A DNA stretch of 64,000 nucleotides, taken from contig CM114271.1 of the NCBI GenBank assembly GCA_050084515.1, positions 1,364,001 through 1,428,000 on the forward strand, read 5' to 3'. Each line of letters begins with the position of its first letter. Position 1 is the stretch's first letter. Of the stretch, positions 25,072 through 38,303 are shown one piece after another. Position numbers and translations under genes: made by a program. The notes under the pieces were generated by a model. That model saw only the letters and a list, made by a program, of their open reading frames with translations. It made no database searches and had not been told where the DNA came from. The DNA is from Blasia pusilla (taxonomy: Eukaryota).

Positions 25072-26871
25072 TTATTTACTTCCTAATACTTTGTTCTTGA
25101 CTAAGACATCAGATGGAGTAAATAATGGTAATTCTTCAAAAGTGATCGAGAGGTTGGGAACAACTTCCGGTAGAGACTTCGTATGGTTGTCGAATTGGCG
25201 CTTCCAATGTTTGTTGATATAGTCGATCTCTTTGCTCATCTGTTGTTCAAAATTCTTGCTTGCTTTGTCGACTAACTCCTTGACATCTTGCGGGTCTAAT
25301 TGTACTTTGTTGAGAAACTTCTGTTTTGCCTCCAAGACAGCGATCCTCCCTGTAACCTCCGACCACTGCGCCAATAAATCTATGTGCGTTTCTTGATGTT
25401 CTTGAAGCAATTTTGAAGATTGAGCATGTTGTGTGGCCAATTTCTTGAATTTGTTGCTAACACTATGCATTTGGTGTCAATATTATTTAATCAGTTGTGA
25501 AGCTTCCTTGATATGCGAAGCTAACTGATCAGCCCCACATTCTAGGTTAATCGCTAAGCTCTCCCATTGGCATGCGTTCCGTGCTTCGTACTGACTGTGG
25601 ACCAAGTTGCTTTGAACTCTGTGAAGCGTGGTCTTCGTGTTTTCGAGTTCTTGATCCCGCAGGTTAAGATTTGCTTCCACCACTTTACGTTGTGCTTTGT
25701 TCTCTGACGAAGCTTGGGCCCTACAGTTGAGATCATCAAGGGCTTGTAAATACTCATCCACCGTCGCTATGTCTTCCAGGTGGAGAACACGTTGAAGTTG
25801 ATTCATGACCGAGACAACTAAATTCAGGAACCACACCATATCGTTGGCTGTCTGGGACATGAGACAAAGTGCAGGACGGTGATCGCTAGCACAAGGCATC
25901 TTGTCAGAGTCCTCATGAGTTGCAGGTTCTGGTTTTGAGGGTGTTTCGAAATTAACCTTGCCGCGCTTTGGTCTTGGAAATTCGATGAACTCCTTGGCTT
26001 TCCCTGAAGCCGAAGTATGCGGATGTTGCTTTGGGGCTGCTTTGCGTGGCGGGGTGACTTCGCGGCTCCCACTAGTGACCGCTCCGCTCTTTCTTGGCAA
26101 GCGGACGGGAGTGACCTGCGACCAATATAGCGCTTCGTCTTCCGTCAATTCCTGCTTATGAATATATAGATGGATTCAAAAAGGAGACAAGAATGACTTC
26201 GTGCTCGGATGAAGCGCCTCCAGCATTGCTCGTACGTGCCCGTCGACAAAGGAAGCGAAGTTGACTCCTGGTGCTTCGGGGTCCAGGTGCTGATTCCAAA
26301 GGATATAGCACATCTTGACGAGCTTATTTGTTAGGTAGTAAGATTGAGCAGGGTAAACTAACGTCATCAAATGCTTACAACACTGTCCAAACAATGGCGG
26401 AGACATCGAAGTAGCCTTATAACCATTCTTGCCAAGGCGATCAGACGTTACACAACCGAGTGCCAACAAATCTTCGTGTTTTACCATGGCCTTGGTATCA
26501 TACTCATACTCTGGAGCAGTCGGGAGCATAGAAGTGGCTCGCTAGTCATACGACGTCCATTGTTGTGGTTGAGCTCGATATCGAAGACCCTTCCTTCGAA
26601 ACTTGGTTGCTGCACTTGAGAAGCGAAGCTCCCCGAGGAGTTCCCCGGATGTCAAGGTCCAATTAGCTTGAAATAAAGTCGCCAAAGATCGCTCTTCAAG
26701 CGCTTCGACCAAGTCTGGTGACAGCTTGACCATAGGCATGGCCGCACTTCGCAAAATGGGCGTGGAGTCTTCACGAGGCATGCTGGTAGGTTGATCTCGG
26801 TGAACGCCCCGCTTTGGTCTCCTACGCAACTTTGTGGTGACTTCGTCCATGAAAATACCTATCTGGTTCAC
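25072..26871 (-). pseudogene. Extra ~600-codon ORF downstream of integrase (unknown function, coiled-coil C-terminal half)
   Basis: ORFs 26542-26871, 26176-26529, 25483-26148 and 25072-25470 are all in one reading frame, separated by single in-frame stops. Confidence 0.75.
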
Positions 26872-27247
26872 TAGGGACGCTCATATAGTCCCAGTGTTAT
26901 GCAGGCTCTTGGTGTTGGCGCCGGAACTGCAAGAGTCAGTTTGGCGCTTCGCTCCTTTGCGAAGCTCAAGAACTCTCGCGCTTTGCGCCTCTGCAAAGCT
27001 CCCATACATCACGCTTCACGCTTCGCAAAGTTCTAGTCTCCTCACGCTTTGCCCTTTTGCGAAGCTTGAGGCAGTCGCTCACCCCCTTCCCTCTTGTTTC
27101 ACTCCAAGTAGGGTTGAGGCTCATAATACCGCCGAACATGCATTCCATTGACACGAGTGGGCAGGGATTCGCCCTGTAAGGTCCCCAGGTGTAGTGATCC
27201 GTTATCATAGATGGCCAATACCCGGTAGGGTCCCATCCAGTTTAATT

Positions 27248-30200
27248 TTAATTTTCCGGGAACTTTAGCCGCCGGTTATCGTACAACAGCACCAGGTCTC
27301 CAACGCTTATAGATTGTGGCCACAGATGTCGATCGTAACGTTGCTTGCGTTTGTTTTGCACATGTTTTGTCTGGCGTAAAGCCAACGTGCGTTCTTCCTC
27401 CAATGCAACTAAGGTCTCATTCCTTCCTTGGAAAACTTCGCCGACTGCATCTGTTCTCGTTCCTTCCAACACTCGATAAGTGGGCAAAGCCCATTCAATA
27501 GGTGTTAAGGGATGAACGCCATAAGTCAAGAAGAACGGGGTATACTTTGTATGAACCTTCTCAGCTGTTTGGTATGCCCACAATGCCGCGGCGATTTTCA
27601 TGTCCCAATCATAGGAATGCGTTACCGTCAATCGATTCAATATCCGGCAGATCAAGCCGTTAGATTTTTTTGTCAACCCGTTGGCTTTAGGGTTGTAGGG
27701 CGTGGTTTTCCGATGCTTAATGAGAAACTGAGAAGTTAGAGACTCAATAGTCTTGTTCAAGAAGTGAGTGCCACGATCACTTACTAATTCCAATGGGCAG
27801 CCATACTGAGTGATAATCATTTCGTATAAAAATTTGGCCACTGCCCCACTATCATCTTTTCGCGTCGCCATCGCCTCGACCATCTTGGTACAATAGTCGG
27901 TGGCTATAAGGATATACTTCCGCCGTGTTTGGCGAGTAGCGGGGGAGATAGGACCCACAAAGTCAATACCCCATTTTTCAAAAGGAGCTAGGGGCATGGG
28001 TACCAAAGGCCACCGCGAGGTAGCCGTTGGTCGACCTGCTCTTTGACAAGCATCACAACTTTGGATAAAGTTACCTACATCTTTGTACATAGTTGGCCAC
28101 CAATGACGTGCGGCCAAGATTTTCTTAACGGTATTTTTTACAGCGTAGTGTCCACCAGAATCAGCCGCATGCATGGCTCTGATAAGGTGGGGGATTTCTT
28201 CTACTTCCAAGCATCGCTGATACTCTTCATCCGCACCTAATTTGAATAGTATCCCCTGACATATCTCATATGGTCCTATCTTATGCAAAAAGACTGCTCG
28301 TTCCTCCGCTGTCATAGGGGCGGGAAGTCACAGAGTAATTAAAAAACGCAAAATATCTTCATAAAAAGATTGGCACAACCGGTCCTCCATGATGTGGAAC
28401 AGGTCTTCATCGGGAAAGGTGTCATCCACGGATTGTGTGAGGTCCGCGTTCGTCATCCTCAACCGGGAAAGAAAATCCGCTTTGGTATGAACCTTGCCGG
28501 CACGGGTAACGACATCGAATGTGAATTCTTGGAGCAAGTGGATCCATCGCGCAATGCGACCTGACAGGTCCGCCTTTACCATTAATGGTCTAAGCGTGAA
28601 ATGATCTACATGGAAGAAAAATTCGTATCATAATAAATAGTGTCGGAACTTTTTACACGAGAAGACCATGCCTAGCGCCTCTCGTTCGGTAGTTGTATAT
28701 TTTTGCTCCGTTGAAGATAGTTGTCGGCATGCGTAGTAAATCGGGAAGTCATGTTTTTTTTCATCCAATTGACCGAGCACCACTCCAATGGCAAACAAGG
28801 ATGTGTCCACATATACGTGGAAGGGTTTGGTCCAATCGGGGGACCGAAGTACAGGAGGCTTTTATAATGCTCCCTTTAAGGCGTCAAATGCCGCTTGGCA
28901 AGGTGGGGTCCACTCCCATTCGGTAGTTTTTTTAAGTAATGCGGTAAGAGCTCCTGCTTTCACTACATAATCTCTAATAAACCGTCGATAATATCCGATG
29001 TGTCCCAAGAATCCTCTCAATTCTCGGAGATTGGTGGGTGGTTCCAATGCGATGATAATATCCACCTTGGCCTTGTCGACTTCAATTCCTTGAGCCGACA
29101 CTCTGTGCCCCAACAAAATCCCTTGTTTCATGGCAATATACGATTTTTCCGGATGGAGGGACAAATACACTTCGTGACAACGAGCAAGGGTTAATTATAA
29201 TTTTTCCAAGTGTTCAGCCTCTGTACTGAAGATACAAAAATTGTCCAGGAAAATTTCAACAAAATTCCGTAGATACTCTTGGAAGATGGAGATCATCATT
29301 TGTTGGAAGGTATTTGGCGCATTGCATAACCCAAAGGGCATCACACGATACGCGAAAGTTCCCATGTCCGTGGTGAAAGTTGTGAGGGGCCGATCTTTTT
29401 CTCATATGGATACCTGGTTATAACCCGAGTATCCATCCAAAAAGGTATAACGCTCGTGGTCGGAAACTTTGTCCAAAATACTCTGAGTGAAAGATAGGGG
29501 GTGATGGTCCTTTAAGGTGGCCGAATTCAATTTCTGATAATCCTGGCACACTCTGATTTTTCCCATTTTTTTTTGGGTACAATCACAATGGGAGACACCC
29601 ACTCGCTACTTAACACAAGATAAATTATTCCTGCCCCGAGACGCTGGTCGATTTCGTCCTTGACTGACAACGAGTACTTTGGGTTGAGGTGATACTGCCT
29701 CATCCGTACCGGGACCGCACCTTCTTTTAGGTCAATTCGGTGTTCACCATACTGTGCTGGAATGCCTGTCATTTCATCCATGGAATATGCAAACACATCC
29801 AAATACTCAAACAACAACCTTTTATACTTAATGAGTTCGGTTGGAGACAAATCCGCCGAGAGGCGTAGAGACTTCTGACATGTAATTAAGACGTGTACGT
29901 AGTCCTTTTCTTGAACCATATTTTCTGTGAACTGGAATGTGCTATTACCCAGCTTCTCTTCCTCTCGGGTTGACTTCTGTTTGCTAGGTACCGACTCCTC
30001 GTCTATTTTGTAACATTCTAAATAATACACATTGGACGAGGACTCAGTAGCTGTAGTCTGCTCTTGATCTGACGTATAGCCTTCATCGGTCGGTGGCGTT
30101 TCTCCTTGGGATGGTCGTGATTTCCACGACAGCGTGATGAGCCACTTTGAGACCTGGTCTGGAGCCCGGAACGTGAATTGTCTCCTTTCCCAGTCCGTAG

Positions 30201-32460
30201 TCACTCTCGCACCGTACAAGCAGGGTCTTCCAATAAGCAAAGGATAGCCAATGGCTGTTAGGGGTTGCAATACTAAATAGTCCAAAAAAAATAGCACCCC
30301 GTCGAGAATGGTGGGATCTGAGTGAGCTATCCAAGGGGTCGCTTCCGGGGCTGATCCGCGAACCGCAGATACTTGTCTGTGGGCCCGTACTCCGTGTATC
30401 CTAGTGCTCTGGCCGTCTGTTCCGTCATAATGTTAATTCCACTTCCTGAGTCAATGGGGACCTTCTTAATGGTGTATCCCTCAATCTCCACTTCTACCTC
30501 TGGTGCTCCCAAATCTTCCACTTCGATACGGAACATATCCACTACTGGTAGATTCTTTGCAGACTTCTTGGGTTTTCTACGGCTTATCTTCCACTGTTGC
30601 AAAATTTTGCCGTACACAAGGTTATCCATTAATAATTGCAACAGGGTTATATTGGCCGGGGTTGACGCCAAGTCCCTGAGTAAGTCGTAGGCTTCTAAGA
30701 CCAGAGGTGACGTCGCGATGGCTTGCAATGCCGGAGTCATTTCGGTTCTCGTCTTCTCTATGGTCTGCCTCCCTTCTGGCCCCTGGTCTTGACGCACTTG
30801 AGCCCGAACCTGATCCTCAATATCCTGATGGAAGTACTTAGGGTGACTTCGATCGAAGGCCGGGTCAACATCTCCTTTTAGGATGTCCTTCCCGGCGCAG
30901 AAGGCGTCGACACTTTTCGTCTTGGGGTCTTTAGCTTCGCGCGAAGACAAAGCACCTTTCCTTGCCTTGGGGGTCCTAGCGGTCAGATTCTGGGACCTCG
31001 TGGTGACAGCAAGAACGGTTACTTGGAGCTCCTTGGGCCAGTCCGATGATTCTTTGGCCGCCGTTCTGTCCGAGTCCTCCTCCCTGATAGTGACTCGCCT
31101 TGGCCTGGGGGACCCTAACTCTTCCACTCGGACGAGTTGCACATTTACGTCATTCTTGGACTCTGGTTGGGCTGTTGGGGTGTTGACATACTTTACCAAC
31201 AACCGCGGGACCTTGGGCTCCGGGCATTCCATTGTAGTGTGCCCGCCCTTCTTGCAATTTCCGCACAAGGGATTGAGTCCTACTGGCCGCTTTGGATTTG
31301 GGCAATTATTAGCCTAGTGGTCAGCTGCCCCGCAATTATAACAACAATTCCTTTTTATGGGTGGCGTGAAGGCTGCCACACCCATAATTTGTCTTAGGGG
31401 TCTCTGTTCCCCGTATTCTAGAGGCACATATTGGGTGATCCAACTTCGTCCGGGATTAGGTGGTGGCACAGCTTGGATTGCATAGCACCCTTCCCACTGT
31501 TCGGGTTCATACCACCCTTCTTCTGTAGTTGGATCTTCCTGGATCCAACGTAAATCCCTCTGAGTATGACATTCCTGAGCAGTATGCCCTTGGATTCCGC
31601 AGGTACTGCACCAGATGTTGGGCCTCATTAGACCTGGTCGTCTTCAGGGATCCTTCTGGGCCGCCAGATGTACCTTCAATTCCGCCATTTGTTGACTTAG
31701 CTCTTCAATGGCAGACTTGCCTGCCTTCCTTACTGTTCCCTTCACTGGACTTTCCGCCCACTGGGGAAGGTGCTTTGTTGGTCGGGTTTTCCTTCGGTGC
31801 TTGGGAGAGTGGTGGCGCATGCTTTTTCTTTTCCGCTTAGATTTTAAATCTTTTTCGGAGTCCGAGGACTCCGAAGTGTCCCCCATAGAGGATTCCGTGT
31901 CTGTGGAAGATGCTTCGTCCTCCGACGAAGCACTAGTTTGCGAAGAACCTCGTCTTCGTGTTTTACGGGACTTCTCTGAGGCCTGGTACACCTCTGCGGA
32001 GGCTATGATTGCTTCCACGAAATCTCGTTGGCCTCACCGGAAGTACTAGTCCATTTCTTTGGACAGTCCCGACACGAACCAATCTACCAACTGTGAGGTA
32101 GTAGTGTGTTCAAGTTTATTCATCAGGCTTCAAAACCTTTGGGTTTATTCCATGAGGGTTTCCTTCTTTTTATGTTTCAGGTCGCGAAGCTTTGTAAGAA
32201 GCCTGTCCTCGACCTCCAGGTCACGGAACTCATGAAGAAAGGCCTCTAGTACCCTTTTCCACGCTTCCGTGACGTCCGCTCCGAGACCCTCGTACCATTG
32301 GCTTGCTCACTTTTTAAGCAGACCAGGAAAGACTCACAACAAATACTCCTCTGAGCCTTCCCCATTAGCCTTGGCTACATGGGTAAATTCAAGCACAAAG
32401 TTGTCAACATCATCTCGCTGTCCCCTTGCAAACGTGGGGTATCTTAGCAGCGTCTTCCTA
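27248..32460 (-). pseudogene. gag-pol of inner Gypsy (frameshifted, stops)
   Basis: Ordered gag, CCHC, PR (30327-31268), RT (28862-29760), RH (28328-28810), INT (27248-28315), i.e. Gypsy domain order. Confidence 0.92.
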
Positions 32461-33043
32461 GTGTTGGCCATTGGGAATGGTCTGCTGCTAGGTCCCGGGC
32501 TTGATGCTCGGGAGGGAGGAGGCAGCGGTTCCGATCTAGTTGATTTGGTTGGCTCCTCGTCCCCCGAGTCCCCAAAGGGATTCCAGGTTGACTCTTCGTC
32601 CGACTGCAAATTGGCAGGAGACGTGGTGGGGAGCGTATTCTTGTCCCTCTTCTTGATCTTGGGCTTCCTGCAAAGACGAAGACTCGGAGACACCCCATGC
32701 GGTCTCCAAGACGGGTGATCTTCTTGTTGCTTACTACGTCGATCAGCTCGCTGATCTCGCAAAGAGGGCCGGGAGACTTCCATGAGTCCCTTCTGGGATT
32801 CGGGAGCTTACTTCCGCACCCACGATCGCCACAAGGTAGGGGTCCATGGAGGGAAATTAAATCTTCCTAATTCCTAAGCCTACAGGAGTGTGCAGGTGCT
32901 CTTAATCTTCCTGCCAGGTTTTCCTCCCATAAACAGAAGTATCGGGTCATCACCAAGTACAATTGACGTTCATGGGCAAAGCACCATTAGGCGATTGGTT
33001 TGCTGACAATACTAATTAATTGTTCTATCTTTTCTAGCACCAA

Positions 33044-34480
33044 TGCAGCAAACCGGTTGTTATCTTCTTTCATCCATTGTCTAAGGAGGATCGCTAGAGA
33101 TAGCAGATGGTCTTCAGTAAGAACTAGCTGGTTGGGTCTTCTAGGAGACGAGGCTTCTTTCCCCGCTCCTGGATTCCCCATGTGTCTCTCTCCCTCCTCA
33201 GCAAAGCTTATGATCCCCGCAAGCGGTGCCAAAAAGTTTTATCACTTATATGTAATGTACAAGAGTTTCTATTTTACATTCATTTAATAAGTTCGATCCC
33301 CAAGAGGATCATTGTTTGATGAAAAGAGAGTTCGAAATTACGATTCTGTTGTAATAGTTGTATTTAAATGTGTATGAGTTATATTCAATGTCTTATCAAT
33401 ATCTTCATATCTTTCTTAGTACCAAGGGGTCTTTTCTCAATTCTCTCTAGTGGAATTGACAGCATGCTCAGGTAGATTTCCTCTCGATATCAAGAAACCT
33501 CACAAAGACCTCAACATGAAAGCTGGATTCTCCTACTTTCGGAACTCAATCCGTCTCGGCAGGCTACTCTCTGTCAAACACATTTCCTACAATCTTTATG
33601 TTGATTATTTCATTGATGAGAAAGGTTCGCCTGATTCACTCTTCACTCTGTAGACCCAAAAAGAATACTCAGACATAAGCATCGCACATCAGAATGAATG
33701 AATGATTGCTTTACTACTCCATCAAGAATGAGAAAGCTTCAAAGTGTATACAAGCTCGAGAGGGTACTACTCCCTTGCTCGGACCATTCCTACAGCATGA
33801 GGACTTCGTAAGAGAATGATGATTATGGCTTCTGTCTTGCTTCTTAAATACTTGTTGGAGTAGGAGTGATCCAAAGATTCAAAGCGTTCTTGATGAAGTT
33901 GGTGTCTTTTCAACATTTGTAACTAGCTAGATCTATGGTTCTCTTAGCTTTTCCTACGATCCCTGTAAATCCGCAGAACAAAATTGTCCCAACTATCTAT
34001 TTGATATAAAGGGTCGCGCCCTTTCCTAGTCTAACTATTCTAACGTTGTGTCGCTTGAAATCACTGTCATTCTTAGCTTCGCTTCGCTGGACTTCTTGAG
34101 GACGAAACGCTCCATTCTTCATTCTTGTTTTATGTGCTTCTTGCTTCGTGCTTCGTACAAGAGCAAAGTACTTCTTTCTCTTCTTCTTCCTGCTTCGTTA
34201 TGCTTTGTTATAGAGCGAAGCACTTCGTAGACAAGGCTTTGTTGAGCTTTGTTATCGTTCCGAAGCTTCTTGCTGAGTCTTGAGACTTCGTTATTTTATT
34301 CTTCTCTCCTCTTAGGAAAATCCTTGATTTTCCATCTCTCTGCCTTGTCCTTGGAGCTTCTCGATTCACTTTAATCTTACTAATTCCTCCTCATAATAAT
34401 AATCAAAATCATAATGTACAAGAGTCTTCGTTGAATAAAAAGATATATTTCTTCAAAAGTACAAAATTGTGGGTATCACA
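33044..34480 (-). repeat. 5' LTR of inner Gypsy (~1.44 kb)
   Basis: Minus strand begins TGTGATACCCA. Probable end ...TGCTGCA followed by T-TGGTGC (PBS-like). The inner boundary is approximate because the partner LTR is rearranged. Confidence 0.85.
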
Positions 34481-37210
34481 TATAACAGCCTCACACCAAG
34501 CCTCATGTCGTAGTGCACCTCCTGAACTCCAAAGTGGCACATCCAACAATGAGGATACCACTGCTGCAAAACTATGGACCTCCTCTATCTCCTGATGCAT
34601 AGGAGAATCCATAGCAGAAAAGTTACCCTCCAAAAAGTCTCCTGGCCAAGTGACTACTCCACTAAAACCAGCCACAAATGCTAACACTGTAGGGGAAGAC
34701 CCTCTTGGTCGAGCCCCATAAATAAATCTCATAGGAACATGGCTCATATGTCCATCTCCGGACTGCCAACTAGGTCTATAAGACGCTCTCTCAATCTAGT
34801 AGTCCATCTGAAAACCCATCGGGTAGAATACTGCTCCTCCAACTAGTACATCATACGACTCGGCTGATGTGACCACTGCAAGTACTCCCAACCTGGAGCT
34901 ATCAATTGCATGATCTGGTCTTAACTGTACAGACAACTTCTCTCGTATCATGAAATGAGACCCATCATTGGCTCCTCCAAGTGATGTCTGAATCTGGAAT
35001 GGGCAAGGCTCAAGCTCTAACCTCCGAAAACCCAAACCAATACATGTTGCCTTTCCCAACATCAAAGGTTGGGCACCAGAGTCTAACAAGACTCTATCTG
35101 GTCTATACACCTGTCCTGTAGGACTCACCAATCGGAATATCCCACTCCGGTTGTCCAACATACAAACACCACGTGTAAGCCTCCCACGATCAATGGCTGG
35201 CCGGGCTGGTAATGCATCCATCTTCGCCACTGCTGCCTGCCAAGTAGCACTGGCACATGACATAGACGGTTGCTCCACCGCAACACCCTCATCCACCTCA
35301 GCAAGTGTAGCAATAACACTCTCATGTTCACACAACGTGGCTGCTAGCTGAAATACATGAGCTAAGTCAATTCCTAAGGCCATCAACTCACTGGCCGAAA
35401 ACAATGGGGATCCCAATACTGAAGTTGCCATCCTCAATAGTGCACTAGATGCTGCATCCATGTCTACTACACGCGATGTAGATGCCTCAGCCCCCACTGT
35501 AGGCTCAATAGGCTGCGTAGGAACCATGGATGGAGTCCTAAGTACCTCAGACAACAAGAATGAATGGGGGAGCCTAGCGTGCCTCCCAACCTCACCCCTA
35601 TGTGGGTCCAACTCCACAGTAGCACCATGTGGCTGTGATGCTAGAGTGGCTCCTCTCGTAACTGCAGCTGATGCCTCAACCTGTGCTACACTCGCCATAT
35701 AAGAGAGATCATCCCCTCCATAAGAGGTGGAAGCCCCTGCTCCCGAACCTGCTCTATGCTGGATACCAGCCATAGTAGCCAACCTCTACTCCACTTGCTA
35801 AATCCTCGCAGCCATAGCCGACTCTGTCGTAGTGGTAGGGGCAACAACCATAGGCTCTCCAACCGCTGGTCCACCTCTACCACCCCTACCACCTTTACCA
35901 CCTCGGCCTCTTGGAGCTACTCCACCACGGCCGCGGCTTGATCTCAACTATAGATGAAGATCAAAGCAACACTCTCGAGGATGTCCTGGTCTCCCACAAT
36001 AATCACAATGAGTTGGGGCTGACTGAGGTCCATCCTCCAAAGTCCGTCTCCCATTCTCTTGGGGACAAAACCTCATAACATGATCACCTCCACATGTCCA
36101 ACATGATTTTCCTTGCTGCGGGGCAGAAAATGAAGGCAATGGTCTCTGCCCAAGCGTCCCTCTAGGACCTAACTGAGGTCGTGTGGACCCGACACAACTC
36201 CCACTACTACTACCACCACCACTACTACGAGATTGTGAGGTGGACTGTTGAACACGAGAAGTAGTAGTTGTATCCCTACTGAATGCGGATGTCACCACCC
36301 TCTCCTCCACCATGTTAAGTTAAATCTTCTTAGATAGAGCAAACACATGGGCCAATGTGGATGAATCATCACTCATAAGAGTAGCATCACGTACCCTACG
36401 GCGCAACTCTCTGTCCAAGATCCCATACCAAAATTGGACTGCCTGAGCCTTAGTCATACCCTGGGTAACTGAAATCAAGCGTCGCATACGAGTGTATGCC
36501 TCACAAAGACTCTCACCAGTCTTTCGCTCAAATTCTTGAAGACTCCTCAACTTCTCTGTCTTCACTCCCTGATAGTTCTTCTTCAACCTCTTGAAGAACT
36601 CTGCAACTGGGCTGAACGATGGTGGGGCACTAGTACCTCCACTAGTATCCCCACTGGTACCTCCACTTGTACCCCCACTCCAGCTTGTACTCGCACCACT
36701 CAACGTCGGGCTGGCTTACATAGTAAGAGCACTACTACCAATACCACCATGGGTGATGGACACATAGCTTGGAGATCAATTTTGCCTCCATGCCTCAATC
36801 TCAACAGCATGGTACCTCCTAAACTCACGGTAATCAACCATGGGTGGTCCCTCCAAGTGCTGAAACAACCCCTTCCAAGCCAAGAAGGGTGTAAACAACG
36901 TGGCGTTCCGCAACATCTGCATATCACACCACATATCAAACTCCTAAATGAATTCCTCAAACTTAATGGTGCCCACTGCACCCGAGTATCATCGTGGGCC
37001 CTTCATGGCCCCATATATCCCTTCCATGTCCCAAATCAATGGAGGTGCAACACTCAATAACAACGTAGAAGACTCGGTGTTTGGAACACCCTCGTCCTCC
37101 TCTTCATCAACCGTCGGAAGTAGAAAAGGTAGTTGATACCTCAATCCACTCCGTGTAAAACCACCACTGTCCGCACCACGGTCCCCAACTAGACCACCAG
37201 ACAGCTCCAT
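34481..37210 (-). pseudogene. gag and protease of outer Gypsy
   Basis: Gag core YQGVKTEKLRSLQEFERK; knuckles CWTCGGDHVMRFC and CDYCGRPGHPRECC; protease VLLDSGAQPLMLG...YDVLVG. Confidence 0.85.
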
Positions 37211-37972
37211 GATGACAAACGCCGATGCCGCACCACCACTAAGTAACCAAGTGACGTCGATGTCGTTGTACTATTCTAGCTCTACTAGCTATGGGTGTGG
37301 GTAACCTAACCTGCCATCACCACAAGAAGCCTCCCGCGATCTACTGGTCATCACTCCAACCTCACTACCGGTAGCACACATGAGTAAAACTACTACGGAA
37401 ATCAGCGTCAACCCTAACAATGGGCGTGCATGCAAGAAGCAACGATGGAGGGGATCCAAACACAGGAAGTCCAGCGACGACCCTCTAATCGCAAATGGAA
37501 ATCAAGGTAACAAAATCTACCAAAGGTGGCGCCCCCTAACTCCATAGAACCAACCACAAAATTCTAACGAAATAGTTGCTCCACCGGTGGTCGATGACGT
37601 GCTAGTCGCACTCTCAACACCTGAAAATGTCACCCGCATGGAGAGGCCACACTGTACTATGCGCTAGAGGTCCATAAACCAAAAACCCGAGATGCATAAA
37701 ACGCCTAACACATCTCCTAATAATACCAAATGAGCTACACTAATGTGTACACTGGCGTAGTTAAGAACTCAACAGTTAAGCGTCTTCCAGGCAGAAGAGC
37801 CCAAAGATGGATGACCAGTTATGCAACACTCAACTCACAAATCCGGAAAAAATTGCCTCACGCCCAAGCAAGCAAGCTTGCTTGCTTGCTCCTTGCTCCT
37901 TACTCCGCCTCTCATGCCCACTCGCCACGAGCTACCACGAGTTGCCTCAAAGCCTCGAAACGCCAAGAAATG

Positions 37973-38303
37973 CCCCGTTCGCCACGCTTCGCTATGGAGA
38001 GAGGCCCAACCAGGGCGCCCCCACCAGGATAGGTGTCTGCAACAATGGACGAGTCACCAACCAACCAACCCTCTGATCTGCTGTCCACCATAGCCAGACC
38101 TTGAGCTAGTCCGCAAAATTTTGACCAGCGATTACTCCAATAATCCTCAACCAAAATTGAATCTCTTTCGACCCCGTTCGCCATGCTTTGCTATGCTTCG
38201 CTATGGAGAGAGGCCCAACCAGGGCGCCCCCAGCGGGATAGGCGTCTCCAAAAACGGACGAGTCACCAACCAACCAACCCCTCCGATCTGCTCTCCACCA
38301 TAG
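37973..38303. repeat. ~120-bp direct repeat pair in the leader of the outer Gypsy
   Basis: cgctatggagagaggcccaaccagggcgccccca...ggacgagtcaccaaccaaccaaccc...ccaccatagc at 37973-38093 and 38172-38303. Confidence 0.85.

Larger units (their letters stand above)
23331..34480 (-). mobile_element. Nested non-chromovirus Ty3/Gypsy LTR retrotransposon with extra 3' ORF
   Basis: LTRs 23331-24888 (rearranged) and ~33044-34480. PPT GAGGGAGAGGGTA before the 3' LTR (24889-24901). gag with CCHC knuckles (31200-32460), protease IDSGSGINIM, RT FLDGYSGYNQ / MPFGLCNAP / FLDN, RNase H, integrase WGIDFVGP. No chromodomain seen. Confidence 0.92.

Noticed and set aside
23331-34480. DIRS-like element suggested by mixed inverted and direct terminal repeats
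   Set aside because: It encodes a DDE integrase and protease with a PPT and no tyrosine recombinase; the inversion is better explained as a rearranged LTR.
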